64,000 nt of DNA from an uncultured Bacilli bacterium (GCA_934725985.1 CAKVCX010000001.1:365910-429909); one strand, 5' to 3'; positions 39,295 through 49,253 are shown, numbered from the stretch's first letter. Numbers and translations are program-made. Notes: generated by a model from the sequence alone, not told the origin.

Positions 39295-39681
39295 ATGTTC
39301 GCTAAAGATAATGCGGGAAAAATAGAACTAGTTAGTTTGGTAAATACCAGGACATATTTAAAAATCACTCATGCGTATTCTTTGACTTCAACATTCAACT
39401 ATAACGCTGTCGCTAATGGACTGCTTACTTCTCCTCCAGGCGACTTCTATAACTGGATTTCAATGGCTGGAAAGATGCAATACGACGTTGCCAAGTTCAA
39501 CGCTGATGCCGCAAAGTATGGCTTATACGATTATTCTACTTTCGAGCCATATGGAATTTCCTACGAAACGTTCGTGGCTTTCAACGGGCAATATTTGAAG
39601 ATACCTGTGGAAAAAGGAATATTCTCCTTTGAATATATCATCAATCTATTCAACACGTACAAAGGCTGGCTTGAGGGGTAG
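39295..39681 (+). CDS. hypothetical protein (possibly 3' fragment); last ~40 bp duplicated at 41166
   Basis: 128 aa ORF with a non-ATG start in the track; its C-terminal coding sequence and ~80 bp downstream recur at 41166-41290. Confidence 0.3.
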   Translation: MFAKDNAGKIELVSLVNTRTYLKITHAYSLTSTFNYNAVANGLLTSPPGDFYNWISMAGKMQYDVAKFNADAAKYGLYDYSTFEPYGISYETFVAFNGQYLKIPVEKGIFSFEYIINLFNTYKGWLEG

Positions 39682-39811
39682 CATCTATTTCCTGATACTA
39701 CCTTGGTGTACAGTTTTAGCCAGTTGCACAGCCATGTTTTGAATGTGGTAGATATGTTCCTTTCACACTGTGCCTCGTATCGGTAGACCTGTTCTTTGCG
39801 TCCATGTTACG

Positions 39812-40215
39812 CATGTTGAGACTGTAGTGTGCTTAGTCGCAAAAACGGCGAAAAATAGCCAAAAATAGTGAAAATCTGATGGATTTACTTCTCAAAAATG
39901 AGGGAAATCCTCTTTTTTGTTGAGAAAACCGCCCAAAACCTGGTAAAGCGTTAAAAATAGGGCCTTTACTCGTATGGGGAAATAGGTCAACGCTAAAAAT
40001 GAGCACCCAACCTACCTCGTATCGACGTGGGAACGGGTGGTCCATACCTGTACACGTTGGAAGGAACAGGCGAAAAAGCCCGTAATCATCGGTATTTTCA
40101 AAAAATCGCGATTTCTCGTTTTTTTTACATTTTCTGAGCACGTTGCAGTCACACGCCCAACCTGGAAAACTGATTTTAGCCCTAAAAAAAGGGTAAAAGC
40201 GGAGACATAACTTGA
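39812..40215. repeat. rlmD-3'end repeat copy C
   Basis: Same architecture as A and B; preceded by cacactgtgcctcgtatcggtagacctgttctttgcg. Confidence 0.7.
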
Positions 40216-40347
40216 TAGAAAATTAGAAAGAAAGCGGCAAGGTTGGTGATCTTGATGTTTTCAAACATAAATACATATATTGTAATGACACTATATTGAT
40301 ACTATACGAATTTCTATGTATATTTTATTTGGGAGGAGGTGATTTAC

Positions 40348-40620
40348 ATGGCCACAACAAATTTGAATATTCGCACCGATAAAGCAATCAAAGAACAGGC
40401 CGAAGCAATCTTCAACAAACTAGGGTTGAATATGACGACGGCCGTTAATATGTTTCTAAGAACAACCATCCGCGAAAATGGCATCCCTTTCGATTTACGA
40501 TTGGATGTGCCAAACGAAGTAACCGCTTCAGCAATCGAGGAAGGAAGAAGGCTTGTAGCAGATCCTTCTGCCCCGCGCTATTCCAGCATGGATGAATTGA
40601 AGACGGCGCTGAAAGAATGA
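40348..40620 (+). CDS. dinJ: type II antitoxin, RelB/DinJ family
   Basis: MATTNLNIRTDKAIKEQAEAIFNKLGLNMTTAVNMFL ribbon-helix-helix DinJ signature; GGAGGAGG RBS 8 nt upstream of ATG 40348. Confidence 0.8.
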   Translation: MATTNLNIRTDKAIKEQAEAIFNKLGLNMTTAVNMFLRTTIRENGIPFDLRLDVPNEVTASAIEEGRRLVADPSAPRYSSMDELKTALKE

Positions 40621-40892
40621 AGTATGATGTACAGTTTACCAATCAGTTTAAGAAAGATTTGAAGCTTGCGAAAAAACAAAATAAGAATCTGGATAAATTG
40701 TTTGAAGTTATCGATATTCTTGCAAACGGCTGTTTATTGGATGTAAGATACAAAGATCATGGTCTTACAGGCAATTATAAAGGAACGCGTGAGTGTCACA
40801 TTGAACCAGACTGGTTGCTGATTTATGAAATTCGGAATGATGTGTTGGTCTTAATGCTTTATCGACTTGGCACGCACTCCGAGCTGTTTTAA
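40617..40892 (+). CDS. yafQ: type II toxin, YafQ/RelE family mRNA interferase
   Basis: 91 aa; KDLKLAKKQNKNL…HGLTGNYKGTRECHIEPDWLLIYEI YafQ pattern; ATGA start/stop overlap with dinJ. Confidence 0.8.
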   Translation: MKYDVQFTNQFKKDLKLAKKQNKNLDKLFEVIDILANGCLLDVRYKDHGLTGNYKGTRECHIEPDWLLIYEIRNDVLVLMLYRLGTHSELF

Positions 40893-41479
40893 AGATGAAT
40901 CATAAAGCGAAACCATCTGCTAGAAATGAAAGGAACCCTAAATCCTAAGCATTAGGAGAGTGCTTTTTCTATTTCAACCCAAAAGAAGAGTTACAAGGCG
41001 TTTGTGCAATTCACAAGCCGCCACCCCCCTCTCGCGATTACGAATGGCAAATCAAAACACACAAAATATATAGCCACAATTAAGATAGGCTAATGCCTAA
41101 ATGCCTTTGCAAGGAACATGATGGGAACATGAGGAACACGATTAAAAGTGCGGTCTTCGATATATCATCAATCTATTCAACACGTACAAAGGCTGGCTTG
41201 AGGGGTAGCATCTATTCCCTGGTACTACCTTGGTGTACAGTTTTTTCTAATTGCGCAGTCACGTTTTGGATAGATGGATGATTGAATTTTGAATAATGGA
41301 GAATAGCCACGTAAACTATATCCAGTAATTAGAACACGAAAACGGAAAATATATAACGAAAGTTAAGATAGAATGATGTCTAAATGTTTTTATAAAAGAT
41401 ACAACAAGGAAAAAAGATATAAGAAAAGTAGACCATGGATCATTCAACAAGTAACAATGAAAACCTTAGTAATAAACGT

Positions 41480-43588
41480 TTAATCGAAATAAGAAGAGGG
41501 AGTTGTTAATTTATTATTTTTATTTGTAAGAGTAAATAGAACACCTTTTGTAGAAGAACCACCATAGTAATTCTTATTCTCTCCAACGGATAATTTCCAT
41601 TCGCCAGTAGGATCGACATAGAAAAGATAACCCATATTCTCGTCTTGTTCTTCCGTCAATGTCCAACCTAGCGAAACTAGAAGTTCCTTATATTTATTAA
41701 TATAGGAATCCCTTTGTTCGTTCGTTTCAAATTCATTAGTCCTAAAAGCAACGTATTTAGAATAACTAGAATCCATAGTTCCTGAAGCATCTTTCCACCT
41801 TGCCCAAGCAACAGCATAATCTTTATAACCAGTGTTGGTCGGGTAAAGATATGGAACAACATTATCTACTCCCCATTCTTTTAGGGAAGCAAGCAGGGTT
41901 TCTGGGTATTCAGTTGGCTCAGTTTGGTCTACGATAGAAGACCAATCATAATTCAAAGCAGTAGTTCCGATTTTTGAAAACTCGCCAGAAAATTCAATCG
42001 TATCGTTTAAAGAGGAGGATGTTAGTTGGCCTTTCATGCTTGCAAGATGCCCGCCACTTAAAGTAAGGCTTACCTCTCCATTTACGGAATAATAATAAGC
42101 ATATCTAGGCAAACTAAAGCAATACGAAAGAAGTGAACCCGTATGGTCTCCACGTGATTTATAAACCCCATTATTTGCCGGGCCAAATACTTCCACGGCG
42201 AAATCGAATGTCGGATAGCGATTAATAGAGTCCCAAGAAGCAACATAATTCTTGGTTTTCGTTAAAGTGCCTGTAGTATCATCGTAAGTATAAGTAAAAT
42301 AACCAGTTCCGTCTTTATGAGCCCCATCATGAGCCAGGATTTTTCCATTTGAATCCACAATTTTTTCTTCGATGGTATCATCAGTATATACCATTGTATA
42401 AGTGGTCTTTCCATCATCCCCATCAATAGAATATGTAGCAGTATAATTTTTAGAAGCGGCAATTTCTTCCCTTGCCGTTTCTAAATCATCATGATAAGTT
42501 TCATGAACATACGGCTTAATATGGTCAATTTTTGCAGTACCAATTTCAGATATTGTGCCTTCCACTACTTGACCACCCTTATTTGCAACACCATCTTTTC
42601 CAAACGGGTCAGTAACAAAATAAATACCTAAAGAATCCCCATTAACTGTTATTGCAAATTCATCAGGGGTTATATCTTGAAGAACTAAAGAACAAGCTAA
42701 ATATGTTGTAGCCCAAAGGCTATTCCCAACATAGGAATAAGTTTTTCCTCCATCAAAGCTTTCAAAATCGGTAGCAGTAACCAAAGGTTCCATATCGGTG
42801 TTTTCTTCATATTTAAATAAATTTTCATAATAAGAATTCACCCATTTATATTCATCACCATCGTCATTAAATAAAGTAGCTTTTCCAATTTGGTTATCTT
42901 TATTTAAATATTCGGTAGCTAAACGTACACCGTTACGAACATATTTTCTTTCATATGTAACTTTTTGTGTTTCATGGTCTTTGACAGTAATTTGATAAGC
43001 ATCCGTATTATGATAGCTATCCATGTCATCGACTTCTTCATAAATGGTTGTGATATCAGATTGCTCGAAAAGGGTTGGATTAAGCTCTCTATCATAGTCA
43101 TATAGAGTTTGGGTCAATTCAACTTTCATTCCACCCGTTAGTTTATCAAACACCTCGCTAGACAAAGCGGTTCCATGGGCAATATTAAATGTTTTTGAAA
43201 CAATTACATCTTCTTCGCCTTCTAAATGAGCGGAAATAGTTGCTTCACCCTCGCTTACGGCGGTTAAAAGGGCCTCATTACTTATCCCTTCCATTTTAGA
43301 AGCACGGATAACGTTTGGGTCCGAGGATTGAAAAACAACATTTCCCGTAACGCCTTCTTTAAGAATGGCGTAAATGGAACGGCTTTGATTTAAATGTAAG
43401 TCACCATTCATTGCCAAAGTAAATTTGGCATTTTCTGGGGTAACCTCTTTAGTAGAACTAGATGAGGTTACTTCTTCTGAGGTTTTTTCTGTCGTGGAAT
43501 CTGCCGATTCGCTTGCATTTCCTCCGCTAGAAGCGCAAGAGCCAAGCAACAACGCGGCTGTTAGTATTAATATTTTCCTTTGTTTCAT
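41480..43588 (-). CDS. large surface lipoprotein (Ig-like/BIG domain-containing)
   Basis: Lipobox LLLGSCASS, S/T-rich linker, then ~650 aa Y/G/T/D-rich beta-rich extracellular region. Confidence 0.5.
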   Translation of the reverse strand: MKQRKILILTAALLLGSCASSGGNASESADSTTEKTSEEVTSSSSTKEVTPENAKFTLAMNGDLHLNQSRSIYAILKEGVTGNVVFQSSDPNVIRASKMEGISNEALLTAVSEGEATISAHLEGEEDVIVSKTFNIAHGTALSSEVFDKLTGGMKVELTQTLYDYDRELNPTLFEQSDITTIYEEVDDMDSYHNTDAYQITVKDHETQKVTYERKYVRNGVRLATEYLNKDNQIGKATLFNDDGDEYKWVNSYYENLFKYEENTDMEPLVTATDFESFDGGKTYSYVGNSLWATTYLACSLVLQDITPDEFAITVNGDSLGIYFVTDPFGKDGVANKGGQVVEGTISEIGTAKIDHIKPYVHETYHDDLETAREEIAASKNYTATYSIDGDDGKTTYTMVYTDDTIEEKIVDSNGKILAHDGAHKDGTGYFTYTYDDTTGTLTKTKNYVASWDSINRYPTFDFAVEVFGPANNGVYKSRGDHTGSLLSYCFSLPRYAYYYSVNGEVSLTLSGGHLASMKGQLTSSSLNDTIEFSGEFSKIGTTALNYDWSSIVDQTEPTEYPETLLASLKEWGVDNVVPYLYPTNTGYKDYAVAWARWKDASGTMDSSYSKYVAFRTNEFETNEQRDSYINKYKELLVSLGWTLTEEQDENMGYLFYVDPTGEWKLSVGENKNYYGGSSTKGVLFTLTNKNNKLTTPSSYFD

Positions 43589-44016
43589 TGCATTTCCCTT
43601 CCTTAAATATGCGTTAATTTAAAAGGGGGCGAAAAATTTTCAACTGTTTTTCTACTAATTTACTTTTTTGTTTGTTATTTGAAAAAAGATTGGCCGATAT
43701 TCTTATTTCATTCATTTATCTATCAATAACAAAAAATGGTTTCTTCTTTTAACATTTTGTAATTTTTCTAATTTCATTAATCAGCAAAGCCAAGTAATAC
43801 AAATTCATTTTTATGATGAAAGAAAAAAACAAAATAAAGTAACATTGGGGTTTTTAAACAAAAAATCATTAAAAAATTGCTAATTTTAAAATCTAATTGT
43901 TTAATTCTTTTTTTAATTAGAAAAGGGGAGGATTTTATTTATTTATTGATGCGATTTTGTTAGGATTATATGGATTTTAACTAGGATATAAATATCCAAG
44001 GAAAGGACTTTCGTTC

Positions 44017-44784
44017 ATGAATAACGAAAAAGAGCCACATATTATTGCCGTCTCAGGCAAGGGAGGGGTAGGCAAGACTTCAATCGCCGCGACGATTGTA
44101 AAGCTTTTGGTTCAAAATTACCCCGATAAAAAAATACTTGCGATAGATGCCGATCCAGCGGTTGGCCTATCCACCGCTTTAGGGATAGAGGCAAATAAAA
44201 CAATCGATGACGTTAGAAAAGAAGCCATAAAAGCTTCAGAAGATGGAAAAAATGCCGTTGTTGAAGTCTTAGGCAATGCCGAATACTCAATAGAGGAAGC
44301 CATAGTTAGCAAAAACGGTTTCTCCTTTATGGCCATTGGACGTCCGGAAGCAAGTGGCTGTTATTGCAAAATAAATACCTACCTAAAGGAAGTAATTTCC
44401 TCTATTTCTTCTTATTATGATTATGTCGTAATAGATGGAGAAGCCGGCATTGAGCAAATCAATCGCCGCGTCATGGAAAAAGTAACAGATCTTTTGCTAA
44501 TAACCGACCAAAGCCAAAAAGGAAGACAAGTTGTCAAAACAATAAAAGGAGTTGCCGACAATCTAGTTATGTATAAACAAATAGGTATCATAGCTAACCG
44601 CCTTTCTCCCTTAGCAATGAAAGAAAATTTAAACGTAGATAACATACCCGTATTAGCAAAAATCCCAATGGATGAAGAATTAGCTAATTATGATATGAAT
44701 GGAGATAACGTTTTCTTCTTATCCAATGATGCGCCCATTGTAAAAGGCGTAAATGAAGCCTTAAAAAAGATTCATATATTATAA
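44017..44784 (+). CDS. CooC/AcsF-type MinD-family P-loop ATPase (metal-cluster maturation factor-like)
   Basis: Deviant Walker A AVSGKGGVGKTS and a CxC motif (SGCYCK), characteristic of the CooC nickel-insertion ATPase family. Confidence 0.6.
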   Translation: MNNEKEPHIIAVSGKGGVGKTSIAATIVKLLVQNYPDKKILAIDADPAVGLSTALGIEANKTIDDVRKEAIKASEDGKNAVVEVLGNAEYSIEEAIVSKNGFSFMAIGRPEASGCYCKINTYLKEVISSISSYYDYVVIDGEAGIEQINRRVMEKVTDLLLITDQSQKGRQVVKTIKGVADNLVMYKQIGIIANRLSPLAMKENLNVDNIPVLAKIPMDEELANYDMNGDNVFFLSNDAPIVKGVNEALKKIHIL

Positions 44785-44797
44785 AAAGGATGGCTAT

Positions 44798-45994
44798 ATG
44801 AGAGATTTAAAGCATTTATATTATTTTGAAAAATTACTTGAAAACTCCTATAACGATTTAATCGGTGAAGCTCAAAGCGAAGGAAGAAAAGCCATAGGCC
44901 ACGTTTGTTATCAAATCCCTGAACCATTGCTAAATCTTCCAGGCATATTCTCAGTCCGTTTAAGGGCCCCACGAACAGGTAGTATGGAAATGGGCAGCTA
45001 TTACCTTTCGCCAATCTTTTGCGAAGCTTGTAGAGCCATTCTAGAAAGGGCTTTAGAAGGAGGGTTCAATTATCTAGATGCCATAATAGCACCAGAAGCC
45101 TGTGCCATGATGAATAGATGCGTAGAAAACATCGAACATTTAAATTGCTGCACGAAGCCTCATTTCTTTGCCTCTTATGTCGATGTCCCGATGAAAAGCG
45201 ATGAATCAACCCTAAAGCATTATGTTCTTCAAATGAAAGAACATGTCTTAAAGCCATTACACGAAAATTTAGGGATAGATGTCTCCGATCAAGCCATAAG
45301 AAAGGCAGTAGAAGAACAAAACAAGATTTCCAAACTCATTACCGAAATAGGCGATTTTAGAAAAGAAGAAAGACCCCGTATCACCGGTTATGAATTTGCC
45401 GTTTTAACTCTAGCCACCTATTGTTGCCCAAAAGATAAGCTAATAACAAAGCTAGAAGAAACCTTAGAAGAAATAAAAAATAGGGTTCCAGAAGAAAAAG
45501 GAGCATATCGTTGTAGAGTTGCAATGGTTGGCTCAGAAATTGATGACCCCCAACTAATTAAACTAGCTGAAGAATGCGGCCTTATAGTTGTTGCCGATCG
45601 TTATTGCTTTGGCTCTTTACCAGGTAGGCAAGTAATCGAATTAAACGAAAACGAAGATGCCTTGACTCAAGTTTGCTCCTATTATATGCGTTCAGGCCAA
45701 TGCCCACGTTTCTTAACTACAGAAAAAGTAAACGAAAGGCATGCCTATATCGATAAAATAGGAAAAGAGTACCATGTAGATAGCCTAATAATAGAACAAA
45801 TAAAATTCTGCGATTACTGGGGCTATGGCCGGGCTTTTATGAATGCAGTCATGCAAAACCAATACGGATATAAAACCCTTTCTATCGATCGTCCATATAA
45901 TGTAGGACAATCCGGTCAATTAAGAACCCGTATCCAAGCTTTTATTGAAGCGGTCGAAATCAAAAAGATTCAAGAAGAAAAGGAGGCAAAATAA
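44798..45994 (+). CDS. 2-hydroxyacyl-CoA dehydratase/benzoyl-CoA reductase BcrC-BadD-HgdB family subunit
   Basis: HgdB-like fold with conserved Cys (CEACR, CAMMNRC, YCCP, RYCFGS); 13-nt gap to the upstream CooC-like gene. Confidence 0.65.
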   Translation: MRDLKHLYYFEKLLENSYNDLIGEAQSEGRKAIGHVCYQIPEPLLNLPGIFSVRLRAPRTGSMEMGSYYLSPIFCEACRAILERALEGGFNYLDAIIAPEACAMMNRCVENIEHLNCCTKPHFFASYVDVPMKSDESTLKHYVLQMKEHVLKPLHENLGIDVSDQAIRKAVEEQNKISKLITEIGDFRKEERPRITGYEFAVLTLATYCCPKDKLITKLEETLEEIKNRVPEEKGAYRCRVAMVGSEIDDPQLIKLAEECGLIVVADRYCFGSLPGRQVIELNENEDALTQVCSYYMRSGQCPRFLTTEKVNERHAYIDKIGKEYHVDSLIIEQIKFCDYWGYGRAFMNAVMQNQYGYKTLSIDRPYNVGQSGQLRTRIQAFIEAVEIKKIQEEKEAK

Positions 45995-47547
45995 TGGCAA
46001 ACCATATTGGAAACGAAAAACTTGGCAAATTCTATAAGCCAGGAAAGAAGACTGCAACCCGTCGTGAATGGAGAGGGTTTAAAGATACCATGTACGACTT
46101 TTCTCGCTGGTTGCATAACCTTTTTGTCATGGCAAAATTCATAATGAAGCCAACAACCTTAAAAGCCATGTTCACTTATCGTTGGTTTGGCAACTATCTA
46201 GCCGCCTTTGACTATATAGACCGTCATATGGAAGGGGTACGTGGCAAGCAGCTCCGCATAGGACATATTGAATATGATTCAATAGTCGAACACCTTACCC
46301 AAACCATGGATACCTTGTTTAAATGTGACAAGCGTATCGGCAATAAGCATGGTAAATATGACGAATTAAACAAAAAACTAGTCATAATGGACGAGAACGG
46401 AATGATGGTTATAGCTACAGGCTTCCCGAATTTAAAGTTTCTATCAAAGGAAGTCCCGGCCATTTATACGGGTTCTACAATTGCCCAAGATGGCGTCCTT
46501 CACTACATAGAAACGGCTGAAGAATTCCAAATCCCTGGCGATGTCTGCCCTATGCCTTGCGCCGAATTAGGATGCGCAATAGATGAAGATTATCCTATTT
46601 GCGGGGTATGCGCTATCCATTGCAACACTACTTGCGACGGTTCGTTAATGGGAAACCAAATTGAGGATAGACACGATGATTTACCTTCCTTTACAATGGC
46701 CGCCCCCATGCGTCACCAACAAAAATCAGTCTTGGCTTATTCACGTGATCAAATCGTAGAAGCCATTCATTTCATTGAAAAACACACAGGTGAAAAATGG
46801 GATTGGGACGCCTTTGCTAGAAACATGAAAACCTATAATGCCCAAAACGCCTTGTTTGAAGAATGGATGGAAATAAACAAAACAGATTATCCCCAAGTCG
46901 TCAACAATAACGTCATGCTTTATCGCGATGCCGAATACATGGTTATCTCTGGGCGTGATCCCTCTTTCTTAAAGTTCGATAAAAAGATTACCGAACTAGC
47001 CAAAGAAGGGTATAAAGAAAAGAATTTGCCTTGCAAAGAAATAAGACATAGGGCATTAGTATGGGGCGTGCACGCCCAATACTATACCGCTTTCAATCAA
47101 TGGCTTTCCAATTGCTGGGGAATTGTTTGCCTATGCGACATGCTATCGTTTACCTTAACAAAGCCAATAAATTATGAAGACCATGAACAAGCTTTATTGG
47201 ATTTAGGTGAATACAATATGAACATGATTATGCGTAACCATTCAAACGGAGGTTATGAAGTCGGCGTTGAACAGCTTTGGCAGTATTGCGAAGAATATCA
47301 TGCCGACATGGTCATAATGTATGAACATATAGGTTGTAAATCCATGGCAGGATATCATGGCTTATTAGAAGAGGAAGGAAGGAAAAGAGGCATACATATA
47401 GTTTGGGTCTACCATGCCTTAATGAATCCTACAAAGGCTACTAGAAAAGACATGAGAGAAGATGTTAACCGTTACATGAAAACAGTCTTAAGGGAAGAAC
47501 CTCTAGACCCTACATTAGTTAATTTTGACGATGCCCAGCGTTGGTAA
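45994..47547 (+). CDS. 2-hydroxyacyl-CoA dehydratase HgdA-like / double-cubane-cluster-protein-like subunit
   Basis: 517 aa HgdA/DCCP-like with Cys-rich stretch CPMPCAELGCAID…CGVCAIHCNTTCDG; TAATG overlap with the preceding gene. Confidence 0.65.
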   Translation: MANHIGNEKLGKFYKPGKKTATRREWRGFKDTMYDFSRWLHNLFVMAKFIMKPTTLKAMFTYRWFGNYLAAFDYIDRHMEGVRGKQLRIGHIEYDSIVEHLTQTMDTLFKCDKRIGNKHGKYDELNKKLVIMDENGMMVIATGFPNLKFLSKEVPAIYTGSTIAQDGVLHYIETAEEFQIPGDVCPMPCAELGCAIDEDYPICGVCAIHCNTTCDGSLMGNQIEDRHDDLPSFTMAAPMRHQQKSVLAYSRDQIVEAIHFIEKHTGEKWDWDAFARNMKTYNAQNALFEEWMEINKTDYPQVVNNNVMLYRDAEYMVISGRDPSFLKFDKKITELAKEGYKEKNLPCKEIRHRALVWGVHAQYYTAFNQWLSNCWGIVCLCDMLSFTLTKPINYEDHEQALLDLGEYNMNMIMRNHSNGGYEVGVEQLWQYCEEYHADMVIMYEHIGCKSMAGYHGLLEEEGRKRGIHIVWVYHALMNPTKATRKDMREDVNRYMKTVLREEPLDPTLVNFDDAQRW

Positions 47548-47565
47548 AAAGAAAGGAAAAAGAAT

Positions 47566-48369
47566 ATGAAATACTTTGGTGGATGTGATGCCGGATCGAC
47601 ATATACAAAATGTGTCATCCTTGACGAAAATGGAAAAATGGTCGCTAATGTGACATTAAAATCGAAAATAAATGCAGTCGAAAGCGCTCGGCTTGCCTTA
47701 GAAGAAGCCATAAAACAAGTAGAAGGCCTTAACGAAACAAAAGACTTGGCCTATCTAATCGGCACAGGTTATGGAAGAAACAAAGTGCCTTTTGCCGATG
47801 AAAACATTTCTGAAATTTCTTGCCATGCGATGGGGGTCCATCTAGCCGATCCTAGCATTACTTCCATTATCGATATCGGTGGGCAGGATATTAAAGGCAT
47901 TGCCATCGATCCAAAAGATGGAACCGTGCAAAATTTTGCCATGAATGATAAATGCTCCGCCGGAACCGGACGTTTCTTTGAGGCCATGGCACGCAGTTTT
48001 GAAATGGATTTGGATGATTTTTGTTCTCTTTCTTTAAAAGCTAATAACATCATTCCCATTACTTCTCAATGCACTGTCTTTGCCGAATCCGAAGTCATCT
48101 CCTTAGTTGGCGAAGGAAAGCCAATGGAAGATATAGCAGCAGGAATAATGACCTCAGTTGCTAAAAGATGCTTCGTCATGGCTAAAAAAGCCGGGGCCAC
48201 AGATTCGATTACTTTAACAGGTGGATGTGCTAAAAACCTTGGTTTAAAACAAGCCATTGAAAAAGTACTTCACTTAAAAGTAAAAGACTTGCCTATCGAC
48301 CCTCAATTAATGGGAGCTTTAGGCGCGGCAGAATACGCTAGAAGAAAAGGAATGAAAGAAGGAAGATAA
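47566..48369 (+). CDS. BadF/BadG/BcrA/BcrD-type ATPase, acyl-CoA dehydratase activase (HgdC-like)
   Basis: N-terminal GGCDAGSTYTKCVILDENG (ASKHA fold), two conserved Cys for the bridging [4Fe-4S], ~260 aa size. Confidence 0.8.
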   Translation: MKYFGGCDAGSTYTKCVILDENGKMVANVTLKSKINAVESARLALEEAIKQVEGLNETKDLAYLIGTGYGRNKVPFADENISEISCHAMGVHLADPSITSIIDIGGQDIKGIAIDPKDGTVQNFAMNDKCSAGTGRFFEAMARSFEMDLDDFCSLSLKANNIIPITSQCTVFAESEVISLVGEGKPMEDIAAGIMTSVAKRCFVMAKKAGATDSITLTGGCAKNLGLKQAIEKVLHLKVKDLPIDPQLMGALGAAEYARRKGMKEGR

Positions 48370-48370
48370 T

Positions 48371-48550
48371 ATGGAATGGTGGATAATATTATTAATCGTT
48401 CTTGGTTCAATCCTAGCTTTCATCCTATTTCTATTCATTGTTTTATTTACAGTTTATTTCTTTAATCTTGACTCCAAACTTCTAGCCCATATCCAAAAAT
48501 GGATAAATAAAAAATACGATAAAAGAAAGAGAAACCGTCATTTAGAATAA
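48371..48550 (+). CDS. small single-pass membrane protein (59 aa)
   Basis: MEWWIILLIVLGSILAFILFLFIVLF… hydrophobic helix plus basic tail; starts 2 nt after the hgdC-like stop (just under the 60-aa ORF-track threshold). Confidence 0.35.
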   Translation: MEWWIILLIVLGSILAFILFLFIVLFTVYFFNLDSKLLAHIQKWINKKYDKRKRNRHLE

Positions 48551-48551
48551 T

Positions 48552-49253
48552 ATGAATCTATATGATTCCATCATTAAAAAAGCATTAACTCTTTTTAATG
48601 AGAAAGAGTTAATTTCATTTCCTTTGGAAAGCAAGTTCCCCATGGAAAAAAAGAAAGGATTTATCTTTTCTGATGATACCAAAGTCGAACTTGGTTCAAA
48701 TGATAAATCCGCTTATTTTATGGGTTATACTACAAATGAAAAACTAATAAACAAGGACGAAATTCTTTTACTTGGAAAAGATTTAAACTTGCTTGATAAA
48801 CAATCTTGTTTTGCCCACCTTTCATTCTTCTTGCTTGAAGACAAGAGAAAAGAAGACCAGCAAACGTATAGATTGCTAAGAGACTTAGAATATTCTCGTT
48901 ACAACGTATTCCCAAATGGATATATGTTAAGGATAAATACAAATTCTTTAAAAGAAGGGGCACGTGTATCAAAAAAAGCCATAGAAAGTGGCATTTCATT
49001 TAAAGATATAGGGATGGCATTTTTAAATTCCTATAAGAAAGAAAAATCATTAAGATACGTAAAACAAGTATTCGTTACTGACCCAACCTTTGATTTTTCA
49101 TCATTGCTAGAGTTGCAAAAAGAAGTCGAGGCCATAACAATTGCTTTTGACCATATATTGAAAAATTTAAAAATGGATTGTAAAACATGTTCCTTTAAAG
49201 AAATCTGCGATACGGTAGAAGGAATGAAAGATTTACATAAAAACAAAAATTAG
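48552..49253 (+). CDS. hypothetical protein (233 aa) with C-terminal CxxC…C cluster
   Basis: Co-oriented and abutting the small TM ORF; no recognisable motif except MDCKTCSFKEIC. Confidence 0.35.
   Translation: MNLYDSIIKKALTLFNEKELISFPLESKFPMEKKKGFIFSDDTKVELGSNDKSAYFMGYTTNEKLINKDEILLLGKDLNLLDKQSCFAHLSFFLLEDKRKEDQQTYRLLRDLEYSRYNVFPNGYMLRINTNSLKEGARVSKKAIESGISFKDIGMAFLNSYKKEKSLRYVKQVFVTDPTFDFSSLLELQKEVEAITIAFDHILKNLKMDCKTCSFKEICDTVEGMKDLHKNKN

Larger units (their letters stand above)
30860..41290. mobile_element. composite (tandemly accreted) genomic island integrated at the 3' end of rlmD; no integrase present
   Basis: Bounded by rlmD on the left and by the last copy of the island right-end motif (~41225-41290) on the right. 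Internal direct repeats of the rlmD 3' end partition it into cassettes; GC rises from ~30% backbone to 40-52% in cargo; cargo is defence/TA-type genes and gene remnants. Confidence 0.55.
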
